DNA from: an uncultured Bacilli bacterium
GTDB lineage: Bacteria > Bacillota_I > Bacilli_A > RF39 > UBA660
Direction of reading: 5' to 3'
Assembly (NCBI GenBank): GCA_963931685.1
Contig: OZ007038.1
Location: 810,940-874,939 of the forward strand
Length of the DNA: 64,000 nucleotides
Shown: positions 45,098-54,995 of the stretch, in pieces
Numbering within the stretch: position 1 is the stretch's first letter
How the letters are laid out: each line of letters opens with the position of its first letter
The notes under the pieces: model-generated
The model's input: only the letters and a program-made list of their open reading frames with translations
The model's database searches: none
Told to the model about the DNA's origin: nothing
Program-made: the position numbers and the translations under genes

Positions 45098-45529
45098 TTA
45101 AAGTTTATCTTTAATTTGATTTAATATTTTTTCAATGCCCCACCATGATAATAAAGCACATTTTTTTCTATTTGGATTTTTATAGATATCATCATAAACA
45201 ATAGCTTCTTCTAAAACATTAGCATCATATGGTTTTTCATCTAACATATTTAGAAAATTTTGTAAAATATTCTCAGCCTCTTTAGTTGTTTTACCGATTA
45301 ATGTTGTTATCATTATTGAGGTTGAAGATGTACTGATAGCGCATGCTTCTCCATCAAAGCGAATATCTTTGATAATTCCATCTTCTATTTTAACTTCAAG
45401 ATTTACTTCATCTATACAGCTTTCGTTATTCATATTTACTTTCATATATGAATCATCATTTAATAATCCTTTATTTTTGGGATTTTGATAGTTTTCTAGA
45501 ATTATTTCTCTTTTTATATTACTATCCAT
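45098..45529 (-). CDS. sufU: SufU/IscU-like Fe-S cluster scaffold/sulfur-transfer protein
   Basis: 143 aa with YQNPKNKGLL.., ..ESCIDEV.., ..GEACAISTSS.. and ..RKKCALLSW.. (conserved Cys ligands). Confidence 0.8.
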   Translation of the reverse strand: MDSNIKREIILENYQNPKNKGLLNDDSYMKVNMNNESCIDEVNLEVKIEDGIIKDIRFDGEACAISTSSTSIMITTLIGKTTKEAENILQNFLNMLDEKPYDANVLEEAIVYDDIYKNPNRKKCALLSWWGIEKILNQIKDKL

Positions 45530-46212
45530 TACATATCACCTTCGTTTTCTCCATAAACTGTTTCATCTAGTTCAAAGTAAAAGTTTCTAAGCTGTTCAAA
45601 TGAACAAAAGAATACTGTTGGTAAATTTAAGGTAGCTTTTTCTTTTAATGATTTAATAACATCTAAAATATCATCAGCTTTTTTAGTGTTTAATTTACTA
45701 AATTGTTTATCTTTATAAATTGATACACCACATTTACCTTGACTATATAATGTTTCATTGGTTGCGAATAGAATATCAGCTTCTATTATGTTATTTATTA
45801 TTTTAGCAATATTATAAACTGTATTCATTAAAGTTAAATTATGAGTTTTATTTTCTATGGTTTGTTCTTCAACTATTTCTTTTATTCTAGTAAATAATTG
45901 GTCATCATCTTTGCTTTCACATGAAAGTTCAGCATATATTTTACCTTTACTAGATCTAATATTAAACTCACTATCAGGTATTTCTAAGGTTAAATCGATT
46001 AGTCTACCAATTGTGTTTAAGTGAGCATGATCTAGTGTTAGTATGATGTATGCTACTTTATTTTTACCATGGCCTTTGCTTGCTAGCGTTGGAACGATTC
46101 CATTGTTATAACAAGTATGGAGCAAAAGTTCTAAAGAACGTGAATCTTCAGCCATTTCGTGAAAATAAATCCCTCTTTCTTTATCATCTTCTATATTAAT
46201 ATTTTTAATCAT
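45529..46212 (-). CDS. hypothetical protein co-transcribed with sufU
   Basis: 227 aa. Its stop overlaps the sufU start. No motif recognised. Confidence 0.4.
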   Translation of the reverse strand: MIKNINIEDDKERGIYFHEMAEDSRSLELLLHTCYNNGIVPTLASKGHGKNKVAYIILTLDHAHLNTIGRLIDLTLEIPDSEFNIRSSKGKIYAELSCESKDDDQLFTRIKEIVEEQTIENKTHNLTLMNTVYNIAKIINNIIEADILFATNETLYSQGKCGVSIYKDKQFSKLNTKKADDILDVIKSLKEKATLNLPTVFFCSFEQLRNFYFELDETVYGENEGDM

Positions 46213-46285
46213 AAACTACCTCCTTTTAAATTTTTGTAATTTTCCATATTTATTTTCATATATTTAAACAAAGGAGGAAATAAAC

Positions 46286-46546
46286 ATGGAAACACTTAAA
46301 GTACGCGCTAAAAGCAATCCTAATTCAGTAGCTGGAGCTTTAGCTAATGTTTTTCGCGAGAAAGGAACTGTGGAAATTCAGGCAATTGGAGCCGGAGCTT
46401 TGAATCAAGCTATTAAGGCTGTCGCAATTGCGAGAGGTTTTGTCGCTCCTAGTGGCAAAAACTTGATATGCATTCCTGCTTTTACCGATATTGTGATCGA
46501 TGGTGAGGAACGCACAGCTATCAAATTAATTGTCGAAGCAAGATAG
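46286..46546 (+). CDS. spoVS: stage V sporulation protein S
   Basis: 86 aa with LKVRAKSNPNSVAGALANVFREKGTVEIQAIGAGALNQAIKAVAIARGF, the highly conserved SpoVS sequence. Confidence 0.9.
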   Translation: METLKVRAKSNPNSVAGALANVFREKGTVEIQAIGAGALNQAIKAVAIARGFVAPSGKNLICIPAFTDIVIDGEERTAIKLIVEAR

Positions 46547-46646
46547 GAAACTATCTTTTTTCTATATCAAGTATATCATAATTCTTATTTAATGAGTGAA
46601 ATTACGACAAATGTTGACACAATTTTATTATTTTTTATACCATTTA

Positions 46647-46676
46647 AAAACCACCATGAATATTTTTGGTGGTTTT
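46647..46676. terminator. bidirectional hairpin terminator (copA / spoVS convergent)
   Basis: AAAACCACCA-N10-TGGTGGTTTT with T/A runs on both sides. It overlaps the copA stop. Confidence 0.6.
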
Positions 46677-48879
46677 AGTTTAGTTTTTTTAATCTTAAAG
46701 TGTTTAAAATAACAGTGATACTACTAAAGACCATAGCTAAACTCGCAATCATTGGAGTAACTATAATACCAATAGGTTTTAATATGCCTATAGCAATAGG
46801 AATCATGATAAGGTTATAGAAAAAGGCCCAGAAAAGATTTTGTTTGATAATCTTAAATGTTTTTTTACTAATGTCTATCAGTTTTAAAATACTGTTTAAA
46901 TTGTTTTGCGTCAAAATAACATCTGATGAATCCATGGCAATATCAGTAGCTCCATGAATACTGACACCGATATCGCTTAATGATAAAGCCGGTGAATCGT
47001 TGATGCCGTCACCACACATCATGACATATTTGTTCTCTTCTTTTAATTTTTTAATAACTTCAGCTTTTTCGGATGGAACAACATTACTATAAACTATATT
47101 TATACCTAGTTCTTCAGCAATTTTACTGGCTGTTTTTTCGTTATCTCCGGTAAGCATAACGGTCGTAATTCCCCTATTTTGTAGTTCTTTAATTACATTT
47201 TTAACATTTTCTCTAATGATATCGCAGGCTCCAATTAAAGCAATAATTTCATTATTCTTTATAACATATATTATTGAATTACCATTTAAAGATAGTGTAT
47301 TTTCATCAGTTATATGAGTGTTTTTAATATTATATTTATTTAACAGTTTAGAGTTACCAAGCATTATTTCTTCTTTTTCTACTTTTCCTTTAATACCAAA
47401 ACCTGGAATGTTTTCAAAGTCCGATACTTCTAATGGGTTTACATTATTTTCGGACATATAACTTTCAAAAGCTTTACTGATTGGATGGTTTGACTTAGCT
47501 TCGAGGCTACCGACTAACTGCAATAATTTTTGATTCTCTAAATTACTATAGTTTATAACTTTAGAAATTTTTAGTTTACCATAGGTTAAAGTTCCAGTTT
47601 TATCAAATATAACTGTATCAATTTTTTGAACGTTTTCTAATATTTCACTTGTTTTAATTAAAATACCTTCTTTCGCACATTGGCCACTACTCACAACGAT
47701 TGCGAGTGGTGTGGCCAAGCCTAAACTACAAGGACAAGCGATAACTAAAATGGTGACAAAGGTTGTTAACGACTCACTTAAATCTTTGGTTATAAGTAAA
47801 TATAATATTAAAGTTATGATGGCAATTAAGATGACTACAGGAACAAAGATACCTGATACTTTATCGGCTATTTTAGAAATAGGTGCTTTCGTATTACTAG
47901 CTTCAATAACTAATCTAACAATTTCGGATATAGTGGAATCTTTACCTATTTTTTCAGCTTTATATTCGGTATATCCATCATAGTTTAGACTGCCTGCTAG
48001 AACTTTAGAACCGACAGTTTTATTTACGGGTTTACTTTCACCGGTTATAAATGATTCATCAAAATGAGCTTTACCGTAGATTATTTCACCATCGACGGCT
48101 ATTTTTTCACCAGCTTTACAAATAACAATATCCCCTTTTTTAATTTCATCTAAAGTAACTTCTTTATAAGTATTTTCTTTTTTGATGGTTGCTTTAGCTG
48201 GAGTAATAGTTACTAGTTTTTGAATAGCTTCTTTTGTTTTATCTTTACTAGCACCATCGATGAATCTTCCTAATTTTATAAAGTAAATAACAATAGCCGA
48301 TGATTCAAAATATAAATGGATTATGGCATCATGATTACCTTTAAAGACTAGGTACATATTATATAGACTATATAAAAAGCTTGTAATTACACCAATTCCA
48401 ACTAAGGTATCCATATTAGGGGTTTTGTGAATTAGGTTTTTATAACCATTTTTGATAATATCAAAGCCATAGATTAAAAAGGCTACAGTTAATAAAAGTA
48501 AAGTAATCATATATGGGTATATGTGTTTATGTGGATCTAAATAAGGAATCGATGGCAAGTTTAACATGTGGCCCATTGAGATATACATTAAGATTATAGC
48601 TAAAATGGTAAAGATGATTAGTTTGTTTTTTTCATTTTTAGTTTTAGTTTCTAATTTTATTTCTTTAAATTCACCTAGACTTTTGAAGCCGGCTTTTTTG
48701 ACAAATGTTTCTAGTTTTGGAATATCTAATATTTTTTCATCATAATCAATGGTGGCACTTGCCATGACTAAATTAACCGAAGCATTATAAATACCATTTT
48801 GTTTGTTTAGGTATTTTTCTAAACCATTTGAACAAGCAGAACAAGTCATGCCATCTATAGATAAAATTATTTTTTTCAT
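46675..48879 (-). CDS. copA: copper-translocating P1B-type ATPase
   Basis: 734 aa with an N-terminal HMA domain (GMTCSACS), the CPC motif (ACPCSLGLATP), DKTGTLT and GDGINDSPAL. Confidence 0.9.
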   Translation of the reverse strand: MKKIILSIDGMTCSACSNGLEKYLNKQNGIYNASVNLVMASATIDYDEKILDIPKLETFVKKAGFKSLGEFKEIKLETKTKNEKNKLIIFTILAIILMYISMGHMLNLPSIPYLDPHKHIYPYMITLLLLTVAFLIYGFDIIKNGYKNLIHKTPNMDTLVGIGVITSFLYSLYNMYLVFKGNHDAIIHLYFESSAIVIYFIKLGRFIDGASKDKTKEAIQKLVTITPAKATIKKENTYKEVTLDEIKKGDIVICKAGEKIAVDGEIIYGKAHFDESFITGESKPVNKTVGSKVLAGSLNYDGYTEYKAEKIGKDSTISEIVRLVIEASNTKAPISKIADKVSGIFVPVVILIAIITLILYLLITKDLSESLTTFVTILVIACPCSLGLATPLAIVVSSGQCAKEGILIKTSEILENVQKIDTVIFDKTGTLTYGKLKISKVINYSNLENQKLLQLVGSLEAKSNHPISKAFESYMSENNVNPLEVSDFENIPGFGIKGKVEKEEIMLGNSKLLNKYNIKNTHITDENTLSLNGNSIIYVIKNNEIIALIGACDIIRENVKNVIKELQNRGITTVMLTGDNEKTASKIAEELGINIVYSNVVPSEKAEVIKKLKEENKYVMMCGDGINDSPALSLSDIGVSIHGATDIAMDSSDVILTQNNLNSILKLIDISKKTFKIIKQNLFWAFFYNLIMIPIAIGILKPIGIIVTPMIASLAMVFSSITVILNTLRLKKLN

Positions 48880-49091
48880 AGGTCTACTACCTTAAAATCT
48901 AAGTCTTCGATGGCTTCTTTTAAAATATTTATGTCAACATCTTTATTTAAGGTGATTTTAACGTTTTTGTCTATGTGGCTTGCTTTAGCATTTTCAACAC
49001 CATCAATATCTATTAAGACATTTTGAATACGTTTTTCACAGCCTTCACAGGTCATTCCTTCTACTTTTAATTCTATTTCTTTCATAGACAT
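48876..49091 (-). CDS. copZ: copper chaperone CopZ (HMA domain)
   Basis: 71 aa with GMTCEGC. Confidence 0.85.
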   Translation of the reverse strand: MSMKEIELKVEGMTCEGCEKRIQNVLIDIDGVENAKASHIDKNVKITLNKDVDINILKEAIEDLDFKVVDL

Positions 49092-49098
49092 TTCCTTT

Positions 49099-49386
49099 CT
49101 AATTATTGAATTTTTTGAACAGATTTACTACTTCATCAACGGTATCTAAATTCCCCTTTTGTAAGTCTTTGGTGATGCATGTGCGCAAATGAGAGTCTAA
49201 AAGTTCGTTTGACAAACTTTGAACAGAGTTTTTAATAGCAGATAATTGAATTAAGATGTCATTACAATAAGAATCTTCTTCAATCATCTTTTTGACTCCA
49301 TTTACTTGACCGTTTATTCTGTTTAGTCGGTTGATTAAATTTTTCTTAGTTTCCGCACTTCGGTGGGTCTTTTTTATCTTATTCAT
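49099..49386 (-). CDS. csoR: copper-sensing repressor CsoR (paralog 2)
   Basis: 95 aa with ..SYCNDILIQ.. / ..SHLRTC.. (C-H-C). It is the first gene of the csoR-copZ-copA operon. Confidence 0.85.
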   Translation of the reverse strand: MNKIKKTHRSAETKKNLINRLNRINGQVNGVKKMIEEDSYCNDILIQLSAIKNSVQSLSNELLDSHLRTCITKDLQKGNLDTVDEVVNLFKKFNN

Positions 49387-49409
49387 CTTTTATCACCCAC
49401 ATTCATTAT

Positions 49410-49425
49410 ATACCCCACGGGGTAT
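49410..49425. promoter_or_regulatory. CsoR operator
   Basis: ATACCCCACGGGGTAT: ATACCCC/GGGGTAT arms around a 2-nt centre, 24 nt upstream of the csoR start. It matches the known GC-tract CsoR operator type. Confidence 0.7.
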
Positions 49426-49452
49426 TTAGTAAACAGGAAAAAAACAAATCTT

Positions 49453-50793
49453 TTAATTTGATTTGTTTTGAATATTTCTATGAGCCTTTTTCCATTCTTT
49501 GATTTTTTCTAATCTTTGTTTAAATTTTGCTTCATTACCTTGAATGCCCGGTTTATAGTATTCTCTACCCTTTAGAGATGGTGGCAAACATTCCATATTT
49601 GTGAGTTTATCTTTGGTGTCATGGGCATATTGGTAGCCTTTACCATAGTTTAAGTTTTTCATTAGTTTGGTTGGAGCATTTCTTATTACTAATGGAACTG
49701 GTTCAGCTAATGTGTTTTTGGCATCTGAGGCAGCTAATCTATAAGCAACATCACAAGCGTTTGATTTAGGGGCCAGCGACATATAAATTACGGCTTCGGT
49801 TAAATGAACATTACACTCTGGCATACCAATGAAATGGCAGGCTTGATAGACATTAATAGCCACGTTTAGTGCATTAGTATCGGCAAGGCCAATGTCTTCA
49901 GAGGCAAATCTTGTGATTCTTCTTGCAATATAAATTGGATCTTCACCAGCTTCTAACATTCTAGCAAGCCAGTAAACAGCGGCATCAGGATCAGAATTTC
50001 TCATGGATTTATGTAAGGCAGAGATGATGTTATAGTGTTCTTCGCCATTTTTATCATATAGCAAGGCTTTTTTAGATATACAATTTTCGATGATATCTTT
50101 AGATACTTGAATAGTGCCATCTGTATCTTCTTCAGCATTGGTGATGATTATATCTAAGGTAGTTAAAGCATTTCTCGCATCACCGTTTGCATAGTTAGCA
50201 ATTATTTTTAGGTTTTCTTCGCTAATGTTTATCTTTTCTTTGCCGAAACCTCTTTCATCAGTGATGGCTCTTTTAAGTAAGTTTAAAATATCATTACTAG
50301 ATAATTCTTTTAAGACAAATACCCTACATCTTGAAAGTAAGGCGTTATTGATTTCGAATGATGGGTTTTCGGTGGTGGCTCCGATTAAAACGATTGAGCC
50401 TTTTTCGACAAATGGTAAAAAGGCATCTTGCTGAGCTTTGTTAAATCTATGAATTTCATCGACAAAGACAATGGTTTTGATACCTAGTCTCTTATTATTT
50501 TCGGCATCTTCCATAACTTTTTTTATCTCTTTGATACCTGAGGTTACAGCTGAGAATGTGATAAATTCAGATTTAGTTTCATGGGCAATTATTCTGGCTA
50601 ATGTGGTTTTACCGACTCCTGGTGGACCCCAAAAAATCATGGAAGATATGTTATCTGATTCAATCATTTTTCTAAGTAGTTTGCCTTCGCCGATTAGATG
50701 GGTTTGACCAACAAATTCCGTTAGGTTTCTTGGACGCATTCTTGAGGCAAGAGGCTCATTTATGGGCACTTCGAATAAAGATTGTTGATACAT
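49453..50793 (-). CDS. rarA: replication-associated recombination protein A (RarA/MgsA AAA+ ATPase)
   Basis: 446 aa with GPPGVGKTTLA, VFVDEIHRFNK, and a MgsA C-terminal region (..HYNIISALHKSMRNSDPDAAVYWLARML..). Confidence 0.9.
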   Translation of the reverse strand: MYQQSLFEVPINEPLASRMRPRNLTEFVGQTHLIGEGKLLRKMIESDNISSMIFWGPPGVGKTTLARIIAHETKSEFITFSAVTSGIKEIKKVMEDAENNKRLGIKTIVFVDEIHRFNKAQQDAFLPFVEKGSIVLIGATTENPSFEINNALLSRCRVFVLKELSSNDILNLLKRAITDERGFGKEKINISEENLKIIANYANGDARNALTTLDIIITNAEEDTDGTIQVSKDIIENCISKKALLYDKNGEEHYNIISALHKSMRNSDPDAAVYWLARMLEAGEDPIYIARRITRFASEDIGLADTNALNVAINVYQACHFIGMPECNVHLTEAVIYMSLAPKSNACDVAYRLAASDAKNTLAEPVPLVIRNAPTKLMKNLNYGKGYQYAHDTKDKLTNMECLPPSLKGREYYKPGIQGNEAKFKQRLEKIKEWKKAHRNIQNKSN

Positions 50794-50943
50794 TTTTTCA
50801 CCTTCTATCTTCGTTTTCTTTAATATATCACATGCAAGTTATTTTGTAAATGTTTTAACAAACATTTGTTCTTTGTTTACTATTAAAAAAGACAATGTTA
50901 AAGTTTACAATTGTCTTTTATTATATAGTTTTTATTTGAGTAT

Positions 50944-51363
50944 TTATTTACAAGTATAACCTTGCACTTCTAAGACTTGTTTTAATTCGGAGATGGTTAT
51001 TTCTTGGGTGGTGTCTATTCCTATGAAACTACCACCATGTTCTTTGGTTACAAATCTAATTCCATCATCGGTTACAGAGGCGCTCATATATGGTTTAGTT
51101 TGTCTTATCATATTAACATAATTTTGTCTTTGGTCTAAAAGTTCTTCTGGGAAAATCATATTAACGGTAAATACCATATCTTTTATTTTTTTATTATTAA
51201 CTTTTATTTCTAGGTTTGATTTTGTTTTAATATTAGATGAGGTGCCTTCGGCTGTGCAGGTTAAGGTTTTGGTGTTTTTAGAGTCAATTAAGAAAACTAT
51301 AATTCCAAATGCTACGAGTAATAATACTATAAATACTATCAACTTTTTATCTATTTTTTTCAT
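50944..51363 (-). CDS. membrane-anchored hypothetical protein
   Basis: 139 aa with an N-terminal TM. Confidence 0.45.
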   Translation of the reverse strand: MKKIDKKLIVFIVLLLVAFGIIVFLIDSKNTKTLTCTAEGTSSNIKTKSNLEIKVNNKKIKDMVFTVNMIFPEELLDQRQNYVNMIRQTKPYMSASVTDDGIRFVTKEHGGSFIGIDTTQEITISELKQVLEVQGYTCK

Positions 51364-51370
51364 ATATTTC

Positions 51371-51808
51371 CTACTTTCCTAAGGCATCCATTATTTTATC
51401 TTCATTTACGGCTCCAACTAATGTTTCTTTAACTTTGCCATTTTCAAATATTATGAGTGTTGGAGTAGCGCTGATTTCATATTTTTCTATGATTTCATCA
51501 TTTTCACTAGCATCCATGTCAACGGTTGCTATTTTGATATTTTCATTATTTTTGGCAATATCTATTAATGTAGTTAACATAGCTACACAAGGTGGACATG
51601 ATTTAGATGTGAATTCTAAGACAACCGGTTTATCTGATTTTAAAACTTCTTTTGAAAAGTTCTCATCAGTGACTTTAACTATTCCGACATTGGCAGCTTC
51701 TTCTGGCTCTTCTAAGTTACTTTGACTAAAATAATAGATGCCGGTGAATGCACATAATATAGCTATAAAAATTACGATTTCAATTATTAATTTTACTTTT
51801 TTATTCAT
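51371..51808 (-). CDS. membrane-anchored thioredoxin-like protein
   Basis: CPPC active site (SKSCPPCVAM). Preferred start is ATG 51808 (MNKKVKL), 6 nt after AGGAGG. Downstream of ccdA. Confidence 0.8.
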   Translation of the reverse strand: MNKKVKLIIEIVIFIAILCAFTGIYYFSQSNLEEPEEAANVGIVKVTDENFSKEVLKSDKPVVLEFTSKSCPPCVAMLTTLIDIAKNNENIKIATVDMDASENDEIIEKYEISATPTLIIFENGKVKETLVGAVNEDKIMDALGK

Positions 51809-51818
51809 GTTATACCTC

Positions 51819-52472
51819 CTAACCAATTATGCCGATAATTCCTGTGATGGTGTACCAAACTCCACTTAGAATTAAGATGCTTCCCGATATTTTGTTTATG
51901 ATATTATAATGTTTCTTTATGAAGTCAAAGGTGCTTTTCATTTTTTCTAGGAATAAGGTTGTTACAATAAACGGGATGGCAAGTCCTAGAGAATAGATTA
52001 ATAATAAGGTTGCGCCTTTTAAAACACTGCCGGTTGTACTAGCTAATATTAAAGCGGATGATAAGAAGGCACCAACACATGGGGTCCATGATAATGAGAA
52101 GATTATGCCAAATAAGACTGATGTTATAAATGTTAAGTTTTTCTTTTCTTGATTTGTGCCTTTTGTTTTATTTAAAAATTTGATGAATAAGACACCGATA
52201 TAATTTAAACCAATTATGATTAAGAATATTCCAAAGATGATATTAATATAATCTGTGTACTCATGAACAAATTTGCCAAAAGTACCGGCAAATACACCTA
52301 AGAGGATAAAGATTATACTGAATCCACAAACAAAGCCTAATGAATTAATGATGGATTTTTTCATGCTTTTACTTTCGGTAGCAAAATAAGAAATATAAAT
52401 TGGAATTACAGGTAATATACATGGTGAGATGAAAGAAGCAATTCCTTCGATAAATGTAATTAGATATTCCAT
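51819..52472 (-). CDS. ccdA: cytochrome c biogenesis/thiol-disulfide transporter CcdA (DsbD family)
   Basis: 217 aa with six TM helices and conserved Cys in TM1 (FISPCILPVIP) and TM4 (WTPCVG). Confidence 0.8.
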   Translation of the reverse strand: MEYLITFIEGIASFISPCILPVIPIYISYFATESKSMKKSIINSLGFVCGFSIIFILLGVFAGTFGKFVHEYTDYINIIFGIFLIIIGLNYIGVLFIKFLNKTKGTNQEKKNLTFITSVLFGIIFSLSWTPCVGAFLSSALILASTTGSVLKGATLLLIYSLGLAIPFIVTTLFLEKMKSTFDFIKKHYNIINKISGSILILSGVWYTITGIIGIIG

Positions 52473-52539
52473 TTTTAGCCTCCTTCTTATTTACTTAACA
52501 CTATCAATGATATCACAAAAAAGTGGGCTATTCAATATA

Positions 52540-52722
52540 TTAGTTTTTTGAGTTTTTATTTATTTTTTTGTCATTTATTCTAGTAATTTCGTTTATTTTT
52601 TCTTGGTAACCTTTTAAAGCCGAAAAGGGAGCAAACTGAGCGGAACGATTTTTTAATGACATTGGTTTTCTTTTCTTTGATACGTGATGTGGCATATTTA
52701 TAATATCATCATAGTTAGGCAT
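52540..52722 (-). CDS. YolD-like protein
   Basis: 60 aa with ..MSLKNRSAQFAPFSALKGY... It overlaps the 3' end of the Y-family polymerase gene, the typical yolD position. Confidence 0.55.
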   Translation of the reverse strand: MPNYDDIINMPHHVSKKRKPMSLKNRSAQFAPFSALKGYQEKINEITRINDKKINKNSKN

Positions 52723-54202
52723 GATGGCCTCCTATTTGTTCGTTTCGCTTTTTGGTGGTAGCGGCTTTTTCTAAATCCATAAGTTTTAAAATGGAATTTT
52801 TACCATATTTTTCTTTAATATTTAAAAGGGTCCCTTGGAGTTTTCTTTCTTTTGCTTCTTCTTTTTTTTCATTTTCTAAGATGTTAGTTTGTTTTTCTGA
52901 ATCTGAAAATAAATCTAGTTGATGATATTTTGTTTTATGAATTTCTAATTTTTCATCTGTTACATCAATGGCGGTTAGGTTAATTCTTTTGATTAATAGT
53001 TTGGAATTAATAATTTTATCATATAGTTTTATTAAAGCATTCATGATTATTTTAGAAGATGATGTTTTATGAGTTAAGGTGATGGTCCCGTGAGCATGTT
53101 TAGGAATTTTTCTTCCATAAAAGTCAGTGGTTATTTCTCCTTCATAATTATTATTTATGTTTTGAATGTCATAGCCAATGGTTAAGGTTAGTTTATCTGT
53201 GACAAGGCTTTTGGCGGTAAGGTCAAGGGCAAGTGAATCAGCCATTTCACAGATAACTAATTTAGTTTCTTTATAATTATATGGATAGTCAAGTACTTGA
53301 CCTGAGGTTATACATCTATTATTTGGAGTATAGGATTTTATAGACTCTATTGTACATGGCTCATATCCCCAAGCGTGGTCAATTAATAGTTCGGCATTTA
53401 TACCGAATAGTTTATAAAGTAAGTCTTCGTTTTGAATAGAACATCTAGCAATATCTCCCATGGTATAGATGCCATATTTTTCTAATCTTTTGGCTATTCC
53501 TTTACCTACCCGCCAAATATCGGTAATTGGTTTATGATACCATATTTGCTTTCGATAAGTCATTTCATCAAGCTTAGCTATTCTAACTCCATATTTGTTT
53601 GGCTTAGTGTGTTTGGCAACGATGTCCATTGCAACTTTAGCTAGAAATAAATTGGTACCTATGCCAGCGGTGGCAGTAATACCTGTTTGTTTATAAATGT
53701 CATTAATTATTTTGGTGACAAGTTCTTCTGGGGCAAGGTTATAGTATTTTAAATAGTTAGTTATGTCGGCAAATATTTCATCAATTGAATATACGAATAT
53801 GTCATCACTTGATAAATATTTTAGATATATGCTATAGATTTTAGCAGAAGTATCTATATAATGAGCCATTCTGGGTTTGGCTATTATGAAAGATAATTCT
53901 TTGGTTTTATCTTTTTTTAATTCATCATCATTAGATGATCGACCAGTAAATGGTTTATAACTATTTTGTTTTTTTCTTAGTTTATTTATTTCTTTGACTT
54001 TTGATATTACTTCAAATAGTCTTGCTCTACCACCTACTCCATACTGTTTTAATGATGGGCTTACGGCAAGGCAAATGGTTTTTTCAGTTCTTTCTTTATC
54101 AGCAACAACGAGGTTTGTTTTTAAGGGATCTAATCCTCTTTCTACACATTCTACTGAAGCATAGAAACTTTTTAAATCGATACATATATATGTCTTTTCC
54201 AT
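52715..54202 (-). CDS. Y-family (UmuC/ImpB-like) translesion DNA polymerase
   Basis: 495 aa with YICIDLKSFYASVE (catalytic Asp region), ..YSIDEIFADIT.. and a little-finger region. Confidence 0.85.
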   Translation of the reverse strand: MEKTYICIDLKSFYASVECVERGLDPLKTNLVVADKERTEKTICLAVSPSLKQYGVGGRARLFEVISKVKEINKLRKKQNSYKPFTGRSSNDDELKKDKTKELSFIIAKPRMAHYIDTSAKIYSIYLKYLSSDDIFVYSIDEIFADITNYLKYYNLAPEELVTKIINDIYKQTGITATAGIGTNLFLAKVAMDIVAKHTKPNKYGVRIAKLDEMTYRKQIWYHKPITDIWRVGKGIAKRLEKYGIYTMGDIARCSIQNEDLLYKLFGINAELLIDHAWGYEPCTIESIKSYTPNNRCITSGQVLDYPYNYKETKLVICEMADSLALDLTAKSLVTDKLTLTIGYDIQNINNNYEGEITTDFYGRKIPKHAHGTITLTHKTSSSKIIMNALIKLYDKIINSKLLIKRINLTAIDVTDEKLEIHKTKYHQLDLFSDSEKQTNILENEKKEEAKERKLQGTLLNIKEKYGKNSILKLMDLEKAATTKKRNEQIGGHHA

Positions 54203-54227
54203 TTATATCACCATAATTATTTTATCA

Positions 54228-54241
54228 CGAACATTTGTTCT
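54228..54241. promoter_or_regulatory. LexA (Cheo) box
   Basis: CGAACATTTGTTCT fits the Firmicutes SOS box CGAAC-N4-GTTCG/T. It lies 26 nt upstream of the polymerase start. Confidence 0.7.
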
Positions 54242-54304
54242 TTTGAATGGTTTTTTTGTTTTTGGAAAAATTTTACAAAAAAAGATTATCTTTTGATAAC
54301 CTTG

Positions 54305-54979
54305 TTATGTTAAAAATATAAGCCATATTCCTAAAGCTATAAATATGATGAATAGGATTATACTGGTTTTACTTATACTTACTTTTTTTAAGTTATGTTT
54401 TTCTAATTCGTTTGTTTGTTTAATATATTTTAGACCAAATAGTTTGGTTTTACTTAAATCTTTGTTTGTATAGAGTCCAAAAGCCATTGGATTATCGTAT
54501 TCTGAGTATTCAAAGTCTTTTAATTTTAATAGATCCAAAAACATGATTAAATCGGCAGAACATCCTGATATATTTAAAATGGACAACCAAATTAAGACAG
54601 TATTGTTTGTAAGAATTCCTATGATATAAGTAATAACTCCAATTATGATGAATGGGAATAATAAAGAAATTAAGATATTTCTTTTACTCACATTTTGTTT
54701 ACACAAACAACATAGTATCCCCTTCTCTAGGTGTACACCATAGGTAATGTTTTTAAAGCTTGCACCGTTAATAACGTAAGCTAGACTGTGCAGTAGTTCG
54801 TGGAGAATTAGATATGGAATGATAAGTAAAAATATTAATTCAAAATCTTTATCAGTCATAGTAATCTCATTGGAGAAATAGAAAGTTATAAATAGCATAA
54901 TAATTAAAAATATAACTGATATTATTTGGAGAGTTACTCCATTCATTTCATATACATAATATTTCTTTTCTTGATTCAT
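54305..54979 (-). CDS. DUF3267-like membrane protein (putative zincin)
   Basis: 224 aa, multi-TM, with HELLHSLAY. Confidence 0.5.
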   Translation of the reverse strand: MNQEKKYYVYEMNGVTLQIISVIFLIIMLFITFYFSNEITMTDKDFELIFLLIIPYLILHELLHSLAYVINGASFKNITYGVHLEKGILCCLCKQNVSKRNILISLLFPFIIIGVITYIIGILTNNTVLIWLSILNISGCSADLIMFLDLLKLKDFEYSEYDNPMAFGLYTNKDLSKTKLFGLKYIKQTNELEKHNLKKVSISKTSIILFIIFIALGIWLIFLT

Positions 54980-54995
54980 TTCCAGGCTCCTATAA

